Shown here piece by piece: positions 1-7,966 of a stretch of DNA of 64,000 nt; position 1 is the stretch's first letter; every line of letters begins with the position of its first letter. The stretch is taken from the sequence record ON287372.1; one strand, 5' to 3'. The notes under the pieces were generated by a model. The model saw only the letters and a list, made by a program, of their open reading frames with translations. It was not told the origin of the DNA and made no database searches. The translations under genes were made by a program, and so were the position numbers.

Positions 1-656
1 TTACCGCGCGCCGGCAGTTCACGATCAAGATCTTTCAGCAGATCGATGTCTTCAACTTTCTTCGAAGACTTTTCGACTGGTTGTTTCAGCGCTTTAGGCT
101 TGATTGCCTTAGCCGCATTAGTAACCTTAGTAGCCTTTCCGCTATTCGGAGCAGTATAACCGAGCTTCGCTAATGCTTCTGCGTTAGCTTTGAACCATTT
201 ACGGCTAGCTGCTTTAGGCCACAGATTTGCAGCCCCGACTTTAATTGGTTCAGGGAACCCGACCATAGAAAGACCGGCATCGATTACAGTTTTGGACAGT
301 TTACCTTTTGCCTTAGCCAGCGTATTCAGGCGAGTTCCGGAAATGCCGTATTCGCGGGTCAGCTCGGCAGTAGTGATTGTTTGAACCTGCTTCTTCTCAG
401 CTACCTTAGCATGGTAGCCCAGCTTAACCAGCGCGTTGTTGTTCAACTTAGCCCAGTTGGACAGCGCACGATTCGACCAGTGGTGCTTACCAGATCTGCC
501 CAATGGCTTAGGGAAACCGACCAGGCTCAAACCGGCTTCTTTTTCGGCTTTGTTCAACTGTCCGTTCGCCCAGCTACGGAACTTGCGGACAGGTACGTTG
601 AGGTTGGATGCTGCGGCGTTGGTGTCGAAGAAATCTACTACTTTTGGAGTTGCCAT
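1..656 (-). CDS. Tandem-repeat AlpA/excisionase-like winged-HTH DNA-binding protein; 3' end runs off the window
   Basis: Not in the ORF track. Manual translation from ATG at 656 is open to position 1 (MATPKVVDFF...). Two repeats: GLSLVGFPKPLGRSGKHHWS...ALVKLGY and GLSMVGFPEPIKVGAANLWP...ALAKLGY. GGAAAG upstream. Confidence 0.75.
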   Translation of the reverse strand, partial: MATPKVVDFFDTNAAASNLNVPVRKFRSWANGQLNKAEKEAGLSLVGFPKPLGRSGKHHWSNRALSNWAKLNNNALVKLGYHAKVAEKKQVQTITTAELTREYGISGTRLNTLAKAKGKLSKTVIDAGLSMVGFPEPIKVGAANLWPKAASRKWFKANAEALAKLGYTAPNSGKATKVTNAAKAIKPKALKQPVEKSSKKVEDIDLLKDLDRELPARG

Positions 657-729
657 GTTTCACTTTCCTTTACTAAGTTGAGTGGTTTGTTAATAAAAGC
701 ATAATACTCGACGTTAGAGTATTTTTAGA

Positions 730-1011
730 TCAGGCTGCTGCCGGTGCCGGAGTAGCCATTGTCTTAATGACTTCTGCAGATACCTTAAACAGCACACCCA
801 GTGCAATAACTGGAATTACTGAATCGATGCCAAAGATGATGCCCATGGCGATCAAAGCAGTTACGTTGATTACGTAGCCCACCGCTGCATCTTTGTACAC
901 CTTAGAGGCGATCCAAGAAATCAGCATGACAATGGTAACTACGAAACCTGCAGATGCATTCATGACGAATACAGTCATGATGAACAGGAACATCATCAGC
1001 TTAGTGATCAT
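730..1011 (-). CDS. Small multi-pass membrane protein (93 aa)
   Basis: ORF track; several hydrophobic segments; AGGAG RBS. Confidence 0.8.
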   Translation of the reverse strand: MITKLMMFLFIMTVFVMNASAGFVVTIVMLISWIASKVYKDAAVGYVINVTALIAMGIIFGIDSVIPVIALGVLFKVSAEVIKTMATPAPAAA

Positions 1012-1022
1012 GATAGAACTCC

Positions 1023-1238
1023 TTATACCGGTATTGAAGTACCGAATACCTTGTTGATTAATTTTGCAATCATGGTCAGTGGAACGACAATGAGAGCCGA
1101 GATACTTACTGCAATTGCCAGAAAGGTCAATTCAGCATATTTCTGAACCTTAAGGTCGAAGTCTGACCCCGGTACGACAAAGGTCTGATAGACAGCAACT
1201 ACTAGAACAACTAACATTACTACGATTAATTCAATCAT
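1023..1238 (-). CDS. Small membrane protein (71 aa)
   Basis: ORF track; two hydrophobic segments; packed in operon. Confidence 0.75.
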   Translation of the reverse strand: MIELIVVMLVVLVVAVYQTFVVPGSDFDLKVQKYAELTFLAIAVSISALIVVPLTMIAKLINKVFGTSIPV

Positions 1239-1241
1239 TTG

Positions 1242-1403
1242 TTAGTACCTTGAGAATATACCAGGGAACATCAGAGCGTACAACGCACCGAGCATACGAG
1301 AGATCAAGAGATCGAGTACGATGAAGTTTACTAAGGAGAAGCCTTTTTTGTCGAAGACAGCCAGCGCCAGTAGGAACAGGATGACGAGTACTAAGAATTC
1401 CAT
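1242..1403 (-). CDS. Small membrane protein (53 aa)
   Basis: Manual translation MEFLVLVILFLLALAVFDKKGFSLVNFIVLDLLISRMLGALYALMFPGIFSRY; fills the gap between neighbours. Confidence 0.65.
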   Translation of the reverse strand: MEFLVLVILFLLALAVFDKKGFSLVNFIVLDLLISRMLGALYALMFPGIFSRY

Positions 1404-1468
1404 TTTGCATTACCTTCTATTAATAAGTTGATTGAGGAGGGTTCATAACGCCCTCCTCTCGGATTGTG

Positions 1469-1942
1469 TTACGCTAATACAGGCTCAGCATCGTCGCCAG
1501 TCATCACCTCCTGGGATGACTCAGCTTTTGCTGCTTTCTTTTTGGCTTTTGGGTTGAGAGTATTGTTCACCACTTCGGCGCCAAAGAGTACGATGGCGGC
1601 AGCGATAGATGAATTGAAGTTTTCGTTAGCACGAGTGATACGGGCTACGAAGAAGTTACTGATCACGTCAATTGCTTTGATGAAGCAGAAGATTGCGCAG
1701 ATCAGCAGGAAGATTTCAGGGAAGGTCAGCAGCAACCAGGTAAAGGTAAAACCGAATACGAAAGAAACGGCTGCGTTAGCGAGATGGCTAACGATCACGG
1801 AATTACGGCGCTGAGATTTAACTGCTTTGATAGCTTTCTCCGCGTCGGCTTCAGCAACGATTTCAACGTTCAGTACTGCAACGTCTTCAGCTTTGATACG
1901 GCGAGTCAGAGAACGGATGAAAGATTTAGCTTTAGTGAACAT
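1469..1942 (-). CDS. Hypothetical membrane protein (157 aa)
   Basis: ORF track; central hydrophobic helices; GAGG RBS. Confidence 0.8.
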   Translation of the reverse strand: MFTKAKSFIRSLTRRIKAEDVAVLNVEIVAEADAEKAIKAVKSQRRNSVIVSHLANAAVSFVFGFTFTWLLLTFPEIFLLICAIFCFIKAIDVISNFFVARITRANENFNSSIAAAIVLFGAEVVNNTLNPKAKKKAAKAESSQEVMTGDDAEPVLA

Positions 1943-2037
1943 AATGTATTCCTCAATGGATTGGGTTTATGGGTGGAGTGTGTTTGGAGCGATCTCTTTT
2001 TTGAACTCAACGGTCGCGACGTTGAATCCTAAAGAGA

Positions 2038-2376
2038 TTACGCGGTTGCCAGATCTGCTTCAGGAGCTTCTTCAGTTACTACAGGACGACGGGATTCAAC
2101 CCAACGACTGTAAGAGCTAGACAGACGATTAACCAGGCGCATGGTAGCGTAGAACGCCATCAACGGCCAGGTAACTGCAATGACGTTTGCCAGGGCAATC
2201 AGAACCATGATGGTCAACAGAGTCGACATGCCGAAGTTCAGAGTGTTTTTCACTTCTTTCGTTACCGCACCGTCTTCTTCGTTGATAGCCAGGATCTCAA
2301 CTTTGATCACTGGGACTTTCTTAGCGATAGATTTGATACGGTTAACGATTGGGTTGTTAGAGAGTTTGTTGAACAT
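2038..2376 (-). CDS. Hypothetical membrane protein (112 aa)
   Basis: ORF track; AAGGA RBS; downstream of the early promoter at 2434. Confidence 0.8.
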   Translation of the reverse strand: MFNKLSNNPIVNRIKSIAKKVPVIKVEILAINEEDGAVTKEVKNTLNFGMSTLLTIMVLIALANVIAVTWPLMAFYATMRLVNRLSSSYSRWVESRRPVVTEEAPEADLATA

Positions 2377-2433
2377 GTTACTTTCCTTTTTAATTGAAGT
2401 TAATTTACTAGACTACTCTAGTTATTCGCCAAG

Positions 2434-2442
2434 GTTATATAG
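2434..2442 (-). promoter_or_regulatory. Putative phage early (virion RNAP) promoter, CTATATAAC
   Basis: Recurring intergenic motif resembling the phiKZ early consensus TATATTAC; carries an upstream ATTTCCA box shared with 3352 and 27858. Confidence 0.65.
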
Positions 2443-2533
2443 ACTTGAAAACTAATGGAAATCGAATTTTACGTACATTCTCTTTTTATGAGAAGGGTGT
2501 TTGCCCATGCTACTAACATGGGCAAACCGTTGG

Positions 2534-3148
2534 TTACCTCCTTAGTTGCTTATTGATAATCTTCCACTTTCTTTTCAGGAAAGTGAAAACCAAACTGATC
2601 TTAGTACCAAGACCATTAATCAGAGAAGACCGGGTGTGACCGGTCTTCTCTTTATGTTCTTTAACGGTAAAGTATCTAAAGACAGCTTTAATCGACGCCA
2701 GACGCCGTTCGACCAATACCATGAAATCATAAGCAAACTTAGCTATGAACATGGATATTGAAAAGGACTTGAGCCATGCCGTGCAGATAAAGAATAATGC
2801 TGTACGTGCCACTTTCCTCAATATTGTTTGAAACAATAATGATTCCATAGTAGCTGCTTCTAACTTCTCGGTGACCTCGCCGAAACGTACTCGCTTCAGC
2901 AAGCAGTAGATAACGACCTTGGATGCCTCTACATCGTAACCCCTCTCGATATTATCAAGAAGGATACAGAGCAAAGTCAAACCATCACTAGAGTAGTCAG
3001 TGGTATCCATTTTACTGGCGTAGACATTCAGTTCTTCAATGAACTTTTTCTTGTCGGATTTATTAAGAGACTTAAATCTCTTAGCATCTTCGACGACACC
3101 TTTGTCAATCCAAAGACTAGGTGTTTTGAAATCGTACTCGATTTCCAT
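2534..3148 (-). CDS. Hypothetical protein (204 aa)
   Basis: ORF track 2534..3223; start moved to MEIEY at 3148, which has an AGGAG RBS. Confidence 0.75.
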   Translation of the reverse strand: MEIEYDFKTPSLWIDKGVVEDAKRFKSLNKSDKKKFIEELNVYASKMDTTDYSSDGLTLLCILLDNIERGYDVEASKVVIYCLLKRVRFGEVTEKLEAATMESLLFQTILRKVARTALFFICTAWLKSFSISMFIAKFAYDFMVLVERRLASIKAVFRYFTVKEHKEKTGHTRSSLINGLGTKISLVFTFLKRKWKIINKQLRR

Positions 3149-3350
3149 GGTACTGCTCCTATCCCGGACGAATGTTCCGGAACTCAGTTTAACGCATGCA
3201 AATGCACACGCTCCTCGACTCACGTAGTCCGTAAGTCAAAACTGGTTAACGCTTTCAATAGGAGTATAAGTTTTCTAGCTAATTGCAGTAAAGTCCTTTT
3301 ATGGATGAGTTTAAGGTTTACAAAGGGTATTACTTCTACCTTTGCGACCG

Positions 3351-3390
3351 GGTTATATAGATGCCAAAAAAATTGGAAATGGGTATAATA
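3351..3390 (-). repeat. 40-bp early-promoter cassette, copy 1 (contains CTATATAAC at 3352-3360)
   Basis: ggttatatagatgccaaaaaaattggaaatgg(g/a)tataata; 39/40 identical to 27857-27896. Confidence 0.9.
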
Positions 3391-3392
3391 CG

Positions 3393-3422
3393 CCTCTAGT
3401 AGACCAAAAGGTCTACTAGAGG
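3393..3422 (-). terminator. Intrinsic terminator-like hairpin
   Basis: 13-bp perfect stem cctctagtagacc-aaaa-ggtctactagagg right after the stop at 3430. Confidence 0.7.
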
Positions 3423-3429
3423 TTTTATG

Positions 3430-3528
3430 CTACCTAGCTTGAAGTGAGATAGCAATTAGAATTACGATCAATGGCAGCGCCAGGAATATAAAGCCTAAAG
3501 CAAAATAGATCTTTAGAAAGCGCGTCAT
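3430..3528 (-). CDS. Single-TM mini-protein (32 aa)
   Basis: Manual: MTRFLKIYFALGFIFLALPLIVILIAISLQAR; start overlaps the upstream stop (TAATG). Confidence 0.55.
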   Translation of the reverse strand: MTRFLKIYFALGFIFLALPLIVILIAISLQAR

Positions 3529-3695
3529 TATTTATCGGCCCGTACCAGTAGTTTGTACAGAACATAACCGCCGAGTGGATCAAAGATCATGGAGATCCAG
3601 AACCAGGTCTTAAAGCTTGCGCCTTTAGATTGGGCGCGTGAACCGATGATCAAAGAACCAATAATCCAGAGAACCAGTGCGATAACGATATGCAT
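3528..3695 (-). CDS. Small membrane protein (55 aa)
   Basis: Manual: MHIVIALVLWIIGSLIIGSRAQSKGASFKTWFWISMIFDPLGGYVLYKLLVRADK; AAGGAAG RBS. Confidence 0.7.
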   Translation of the reverse strand: MHIVIALVLWIIGSLIIGSRAQSKGASFKTWFWISMIFDPLGGYVLYKLLVRADK

Positions 3696-3720
3696 TTTCT
3701 ACTTCCTTTAACTAAGAGAT

Positions 3721-3751
3721 AAAATAGAGTTAGGCGGAAACCGCCTAACTC
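3721..3751 (-). terminator. Intrinsic terminator
   Basis: gagttaggcgg-aaa-ccgcctaactc, with a U-tract on the minus strand. Confidence 0.75.
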
Positions 3752-3757
3752 GTATGG

Positions 3758-4033
3758 TTACATTAACGATTTTATTTTTTCAATCTTCTCTTCGATTTCT
3801 TCAACCGGAGCGTCTAAGTAATAAGCAATCTCTTCTGCCATTACTCCACGATCTAAACACTCAGCGATACCTAAGAGATGATTCAATTCACGTGAACGAT
3901 TGGCTAATGCATTCACATCGCCATTATGGCGCTTGTACTCTTCGAAGGCTTTATCTTGGTTACGAACCGCGAGTTCTAATTCGTCTTGGATAAAGCCACC
4001 GTCGAGAGATAATTTACCAGCGTAAGAATTCAA
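3758..4033 (-). CDS. Hypothetical protein (91 aa)
   Basis: ORF track; helical acidic protein; overlaps upstream gene. Confidence 0.75.
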   Translation of the reverse strand: MNSYAGKLSLDGGFIQDELELAVRNQDKAFEEYKRHNGDVNALANRSRELNHLLGIAECLDRGVMAEEIAYYLDAPVEEIEEKIEKIKSLM

Positions 4034-4187
4034 TACAAACCCTCCCGTTATCGTCCGTTGGTTCTGACAGGGTATGGTACCCGTTCAGACGTTTGAGATC
4101 GATATCCGGTTGATACCCGATAATGTTTTCAATTACCGACTTCACCGTACGGATAGGCCTTACTACCGGTAAATCTTCTTCTTTCAT
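4014..4187 (-). CDS. Hypothetical protein (57 aa)
   Basis: ORF track 4014..4214; start trimmed to MKEED with GAGGG RBS. Confidence 0.6.
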   Translation of the reverse strand: MKEEDLPVVRPIRTVKSVIENIIGYQPDIDLKRLNGYHTLSEPTDDNGRVCIEFLRW

Positions 4188-4198
4188 TTTACCCTCGC

Positions 4199-5077
4199 TT
4201 ACTCCGGACCCCACATGCTTTGAGTAGGGTCAGTAGGAGTTACTTTAGGTTGTTCTGGCGTAAAGGTAGCTTCCAGGTAACCATTGACGTATTTAGAGCC
4301 AACATTATTAAAGTCAAAGGATTCAATCCAATCCTTCAAGCGTTTTTCGTGAGCTTCATCAACCGTCGTATCGGCTTTATCGGTTACCTGAAACTCAACG
4401 TCGGCTCCATCGAGTTTCATAGTGAAGTTGTAACCAATAGCCAGCATTAGCTTAACTAATTCAGCTTGGGTTTTATCTACAACAATTTTAGTTGCGACCG
4501 GAACCGACTCTGCTGGAGCAGGGTCTTCAGTAGGAGCGTTGGAGTCCTCTGTGTCTTCAGTAAACCAGATATCAATTGTGCGGTAATCTACCGAGATTTT
4601 ATTGAACCAACCAACAGGCTTTTCTTCAGGCAGCCCGATGTAAGCACGAATAGGGACTTCTCGACTGAACCCCTGGTCATCCACGTCACAGACGGCGAAG
4701 CAACGAGGGACGAACAACCAACCCCAGTTATTGAAGCCGAGTTCAAAGTCGGATACAGAAGTACCGAATGCTTTAGGGTCAACGACCTCCAATTTAACGG
4801 AGACGATTGCTTCTTCGCTATCTAAACGAAGACCACCGGCACGAATTACGTAATCCGGATTGACGGCCAAATCATAATGATCTTGACCGTGGTACTGTCT
4901 ACGAGTAGCGTGGCCAACAAACCGACCGTACATATCGGTACTGGTGTATTGGGACCGCAGAATGCCAAAGACAGTCTGCATATCGCGATAAGATAAATTC
5001 ATCGCTTTGGCAGATTCAAAAATACCAAACGTAATTACGTAGGTATTGTCGGACAATTGCTTTACAGTTGTTTTCAT
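4199..5077 (-). CDS. Hypothetical protein (292 aa)
   Basis: ORF track; AGGAGAG RBS; acidic/Pro linker suggests two domains. Confidence 0.85.
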   Translation of the reverse strand: MKTTVKQLSDNTYVITFGIFESAKAMNLSYRDMQTVFGILRSQYTSTDMYGRFVGHATRRQYHGQDHYDLAVNPDYVIRAGGLRLDSEEAIVSVKLEVVDPKAFGTSVSDFELGFNNWGWLFVPRCFAVCDVDDQGFSREVPIRAYIGLPEEKPVGWFNKISVDYRTIDIWFTEDTEDSNAPTEDPAPAESVPVATKIVVDKTQAELVKLMLAIGYNFTMKLDGADVEFQVTDKADTTVDEAHEKRLKDWIESFDFNNVGSKYVNGYLEATFTPEQPKVTPTDPTQSMWGPE

Positions 5078-5169
5078 CGTACTACTCTCCTAATACCGTA
5101 GCCTCTACGAATGTCGTTATTGACCTGTGAGAACTACGGTTGGGGTGTCGAGCGGAATTGCTCAGGGGT

Positions 5170-5694
5170 TTACTGACCTTTGATTTTAGCCAGTGCGATC
5201 GCCGCCGCGCCACGATACTTATTGACGTAGATGTCAATTTCATAATCGAGCTCATTAGCGAAGATGGTTTGAATTTCGGTAGGCACTGGAACTTCGAAAG
5301 AATCCAATACCACTTTAATCATGTAGGCGCCTTTGACATCACAAGGCACGTATGCGTCGCACATGCCTTTAAAGTCCAACGCAGTACCTTCAGCAGCCTG
5401 CCAGCGTTCATTCATGTCAGCAATGCTACAGCCGTCGTAGTTGGCGGAGTCGAATGCATGACTAACGCCATCTTCATCGACGAACTGGATAAATCCATAG
5501 TTGAGGTTATCGACATAACTGAAGTCATGTCCACGATCGCTCAGTACTGAACCAACGGCCAGGGCGAATACGCCGCAATCACCAGAGTTGATTTCACGGT
5601 CAATGTTCTTAGTATCTGGATTGAATACCACAAACATCTTTTTGAATACGTCTGCCGCAGCTTTGAAATCGTCTTTGAATTTTTGGATAGACAT
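5170..5694 (-). CDS. Hypothetical protein (174 aa)
   Basis: ORF track 5170..5853; start trimmed to MSIQK with AAGGA RBS, downstream of the promoter at 5746. SGDCGVFA recalls a Cys-centred papain-like motif (unverified). Confidence 0.75.
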   Translation of the reverse strand: MSIQKFKDDFKAAADVFKKMFVVFNPDTKNIDREINSGDCGVFALAVGSVLSDRGHDFSYVDNLNYGFIQFVDEDGVSHAFDSANYDGCSIADMNERWQAAEGTALDFKGMCDAYVPCDVKGAYMIKVVLDSFEVPVPTEIQTIFANELDYEIDIYVNKYRGAAAIALAKIKGQ

Positions 5695-5745
5695 TTTGTT
5701 TTCCTTTATAAAAGAGACAGTGTTTTGGTTTTCGCTTTCATAGTG

Positions 5746-5754
5746 GTGATATAG
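5746..5754 (-). promoter_or_regulatory. Putative early promoter CTATATCAC
   Basis: Motif match in a divergent intergenic region. Confidence 0.65.
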
Positions 5755-5771
5755 GCGTAAATTAAGTTTGA

Positions 5772-5776
5772 TATGA
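5772..5776 (+). promoter_or_regulatory. Possible late promoter TATG(A)
   Basis: phiKZ late consensus is TATG; about 25 nt upstream of the first gene of the plus-strand island; the same TATGACC occurs at 43155. Short motif, so weak evidence. Confidence 0.35.
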
Positions 5777-5799
5777 CCTATAACCGAGAGTATCTCAAG

Positions 5800-6342
5800 A
5801 TGAAGACAATTAAGGTGTTTAGTACACCCGTTCCCTTGATGGGATTCCTGCACTGGTGTTTCTTGTTCGTTGTATATCTACTGGCTTTGGTTGTTGCCGC
5901 AGTAGTGACTCCGTTCTTACCAATCTTTGCCACTAAGGATGCTCGTCTCCCTAAATGGCTGGACTGGTTCATGATGCCAGATAATGACTTAGATGGCGAC
6001 AATGGTTGGAAGACGGAACACACCACCTGGCGTAAGAACCTTCCGCCTCGCACAGCGCAATATGTTTGCCGAGTACTGTGGCTGTACCGTAACCCACTTT
6101 ATAACTTCAGTATTCGTTTCTTGGGCGCACCAAAGTCATCCGTCAAACCTACGATAAAAGGTCCGGCCTGGAATAATCAAACAGGGTTTTATAAAAACCA
6201 TTACTGGATGATTTATTACATGGGCCCGAGTTTCATCAAGGGTAAACGAATCAAGATATATCTCGGTTGGAAGCTCAAGACGGAGAATTTCGATAGCTAC
6301 CAGTTAGCGGTTCAATTCAACCCGTTTAAGAGCGATAAATAA
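5800..6342 (+). CDS. Conserved phage protein of the 'W-F-x-x-PDN-LDGD...W-x-x-RNP-Y-x-F' family, often near tail/lysis genes
   Basis: ORF track 5773..6342, start at MKTIK; N-terminal hydrophobic segment; motif recognised from memory. Confidence 0.7.
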   Translation: MKTIKVFSTPVPLMGFLHWCFLFVVYLLALVVAAVVTPFLPIFATKDARLPKWLDWFMMPDNDLDGDNGWKTEHTTWRKNLPPRTAQYVCRVLWLYRNPLYNFSIRFLGAPKSSVKPTIKGPAWNNQTGFYKNHYWMIYYMGPSFIKGKRIKIYLGWKLKTENFDSYQLAVQFNPFKSDK

Positions 6343-6361
6343 CTTAATCTGATAAGGCGAA

Positions 6362-7966
6362 GTGATTACAATGAATGAAGCTATCTCAATTTCAAAACTA
6401 CCGGAGCAGATGGATCTTTACGACACGGATTATCTCAGTGTTGTAGATACGGCCAACATGCAGACTGGTAAGATTACGGTCCAGACTCTCCGCGATCTCC
6501 TTAACTACAAAGGAGCCTTCTCTTCCATTTCTGATGGCATAGCTAAGACTAAAATTGGCCAAGTCTTCTACGTTTACAAACCAGAAGAAAATGGGGATAA
6601 TTTTAAAGTAAGTCCATTCCTGCGGTATGGAGCAGGCGCAGTCGAACTTAAAGACGAGCTTGGTAATGAGATATTCTTCTATATCTCCGATAAAATTATC
6701 AAGTCACTTATCGATCGCGTTAGTGTTCTCTACGATCAACAGTTCAAAGGTGAGACAGTAGGCGACTACGGTAAGTCTAAGGCATTGACTGAATGGAAAG
6801 GTGAACGCGGTCAATTCGATGTATGGCCGACATTGAGCCAGCCATTGAATGGCGCAGGTACTTCCTTTGGCGGTAGCGAATACCGTGCTTTCCTGATGGT
6901 TAATGGTAACGGCGAAATTGTTACCCAGCTTAGAGATAAGAATCGTCCAATCACACGCATCACGCATACGCCATATGTTGCCGACTCTGGCCGTTCCGGT
7001 CCCGATGGACAAATGTCACGCATTCTTAAGATTCCCGCCAACGGTAAGACAGATGTAAACAACGAATACGAAATGGAGTTCTCTACTGGGAACACCAATA
7101 AGCCAGTGGTAAAAATTCGACACCCATTGTTATTTGAAGGAGCGCCGGGTTGGGAAACGCGTACAATTACGGTTCCTGACGAAGCTAAATTCCGACCTAA
7201 CTCATCTATCTACTATCAGAAGATACCTACTGAAGCAACTTCCGGTACGATTATCCCTGGCGTAGATTATCGAGTTAAAATGGGCCGTTCTGCCACGGGT
7301 ACTGCCTTGCACGTCTATATCCGTAATCCGCAAGGTAACTTTATCTGTTCGCTGGTTAACTCCGGAATGAGCGCCTACCTCAGCTTTAAAGTTAAGGGTG
7401 ACACTAAGTACGGACTGTACAAAGTTTTTCCCAAAGCTGAGTATTACCTTAGTGGTGATGGCGCTAACATGACTCACCTGATGATCGATGGCTATACTAC
7501 TGATCCAGACGGGAACCCAGCTGATATTGCCAAGACTCCAGGAACGGCCCCTACAGATGCTGCCTGTGGTTTTGATAACATTACCCTCATCGCATTGCCT
7601 AAGGAAACTACGATGGTTACAGGCACCAAACTGACCGATCCTTTCAACAATGCTACGTTTAACGTTAACGATGCGTTTACGTTGACTCGTGCGGTGAAGG
7701 ATTCGATCCGTGCTCCAGGTCAGTACATCGATAAGACTGTAGTTACAGGTGTTAACTTCGACGCCAAAACAACTACGACTGAGGTTGTTAAGGTCGCTAA
7801 TCCAGGATTCGTCCTTGATTTGACATATAACCGTAACTATCGTTTCGGTGCCCCCGCATCGACTGTAACTACTATCATGTCGATGATTGTTCCTTACGAA
7901 GCCTGGGACTTGGTACATTTAAACTTCATGAATCCGGAAATAATGGGATACGGTAAAGATGCCTAA
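6362..7966 (+). CDS. Tail fibre/tailspike-associated virion protein (534 aa)
   Basis: N-terminus (ISKLPEQ...AFSSISDGIAKTKIGQVFYVY) parallels that of the 9600 tailspike; beta-rich body. Confidence 0.7.
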   Translation: MITMNEAISISKLPEQMDLYDTDYLSVVDTANMQTGKITVQTLRDLLNYKGAFSSISDGIAKTKIGQVFYVYKPEENGDNFKVSPFLRYGAGAVELKDELGNEIFFYISDKIIKSLIDRVSVLYDQQFKGETVGDYGKSKALTEWKGERGQFDVWPTLSQPLNGAGTSFGGSEYRAFLMVNGNGEIVTQLRDKNRPITRITHTPYVADSGRSGPDGQMSRILKIPANGKTDVNNEYEMEFSTGNTNKPVVKIRHPLLFEGAPGWETRTITVPDEAKFRPNSSIYYQKIPTEATSGTIIPGVDYRVKMGRSATGTALHVYIRNPQGNFICSLVNSGMSAYLSFKVKGDTKYGLYKVFPKAEYYLSGDGANMTHLMIDGYTTDPDGNPADIAKTPGTAPTDAACGFDNITLIALPKETTMVTGTKLTDPFNNATFNVNDAFTLTRAVKDSIRAPGQYIDKTVVTGVNFDAKTTTTEVVKVANPGFVLDLTYNRNYRFGAPASTVTTIMSMIVPYEAWDLVHLNFMNPEIMGYGKDA

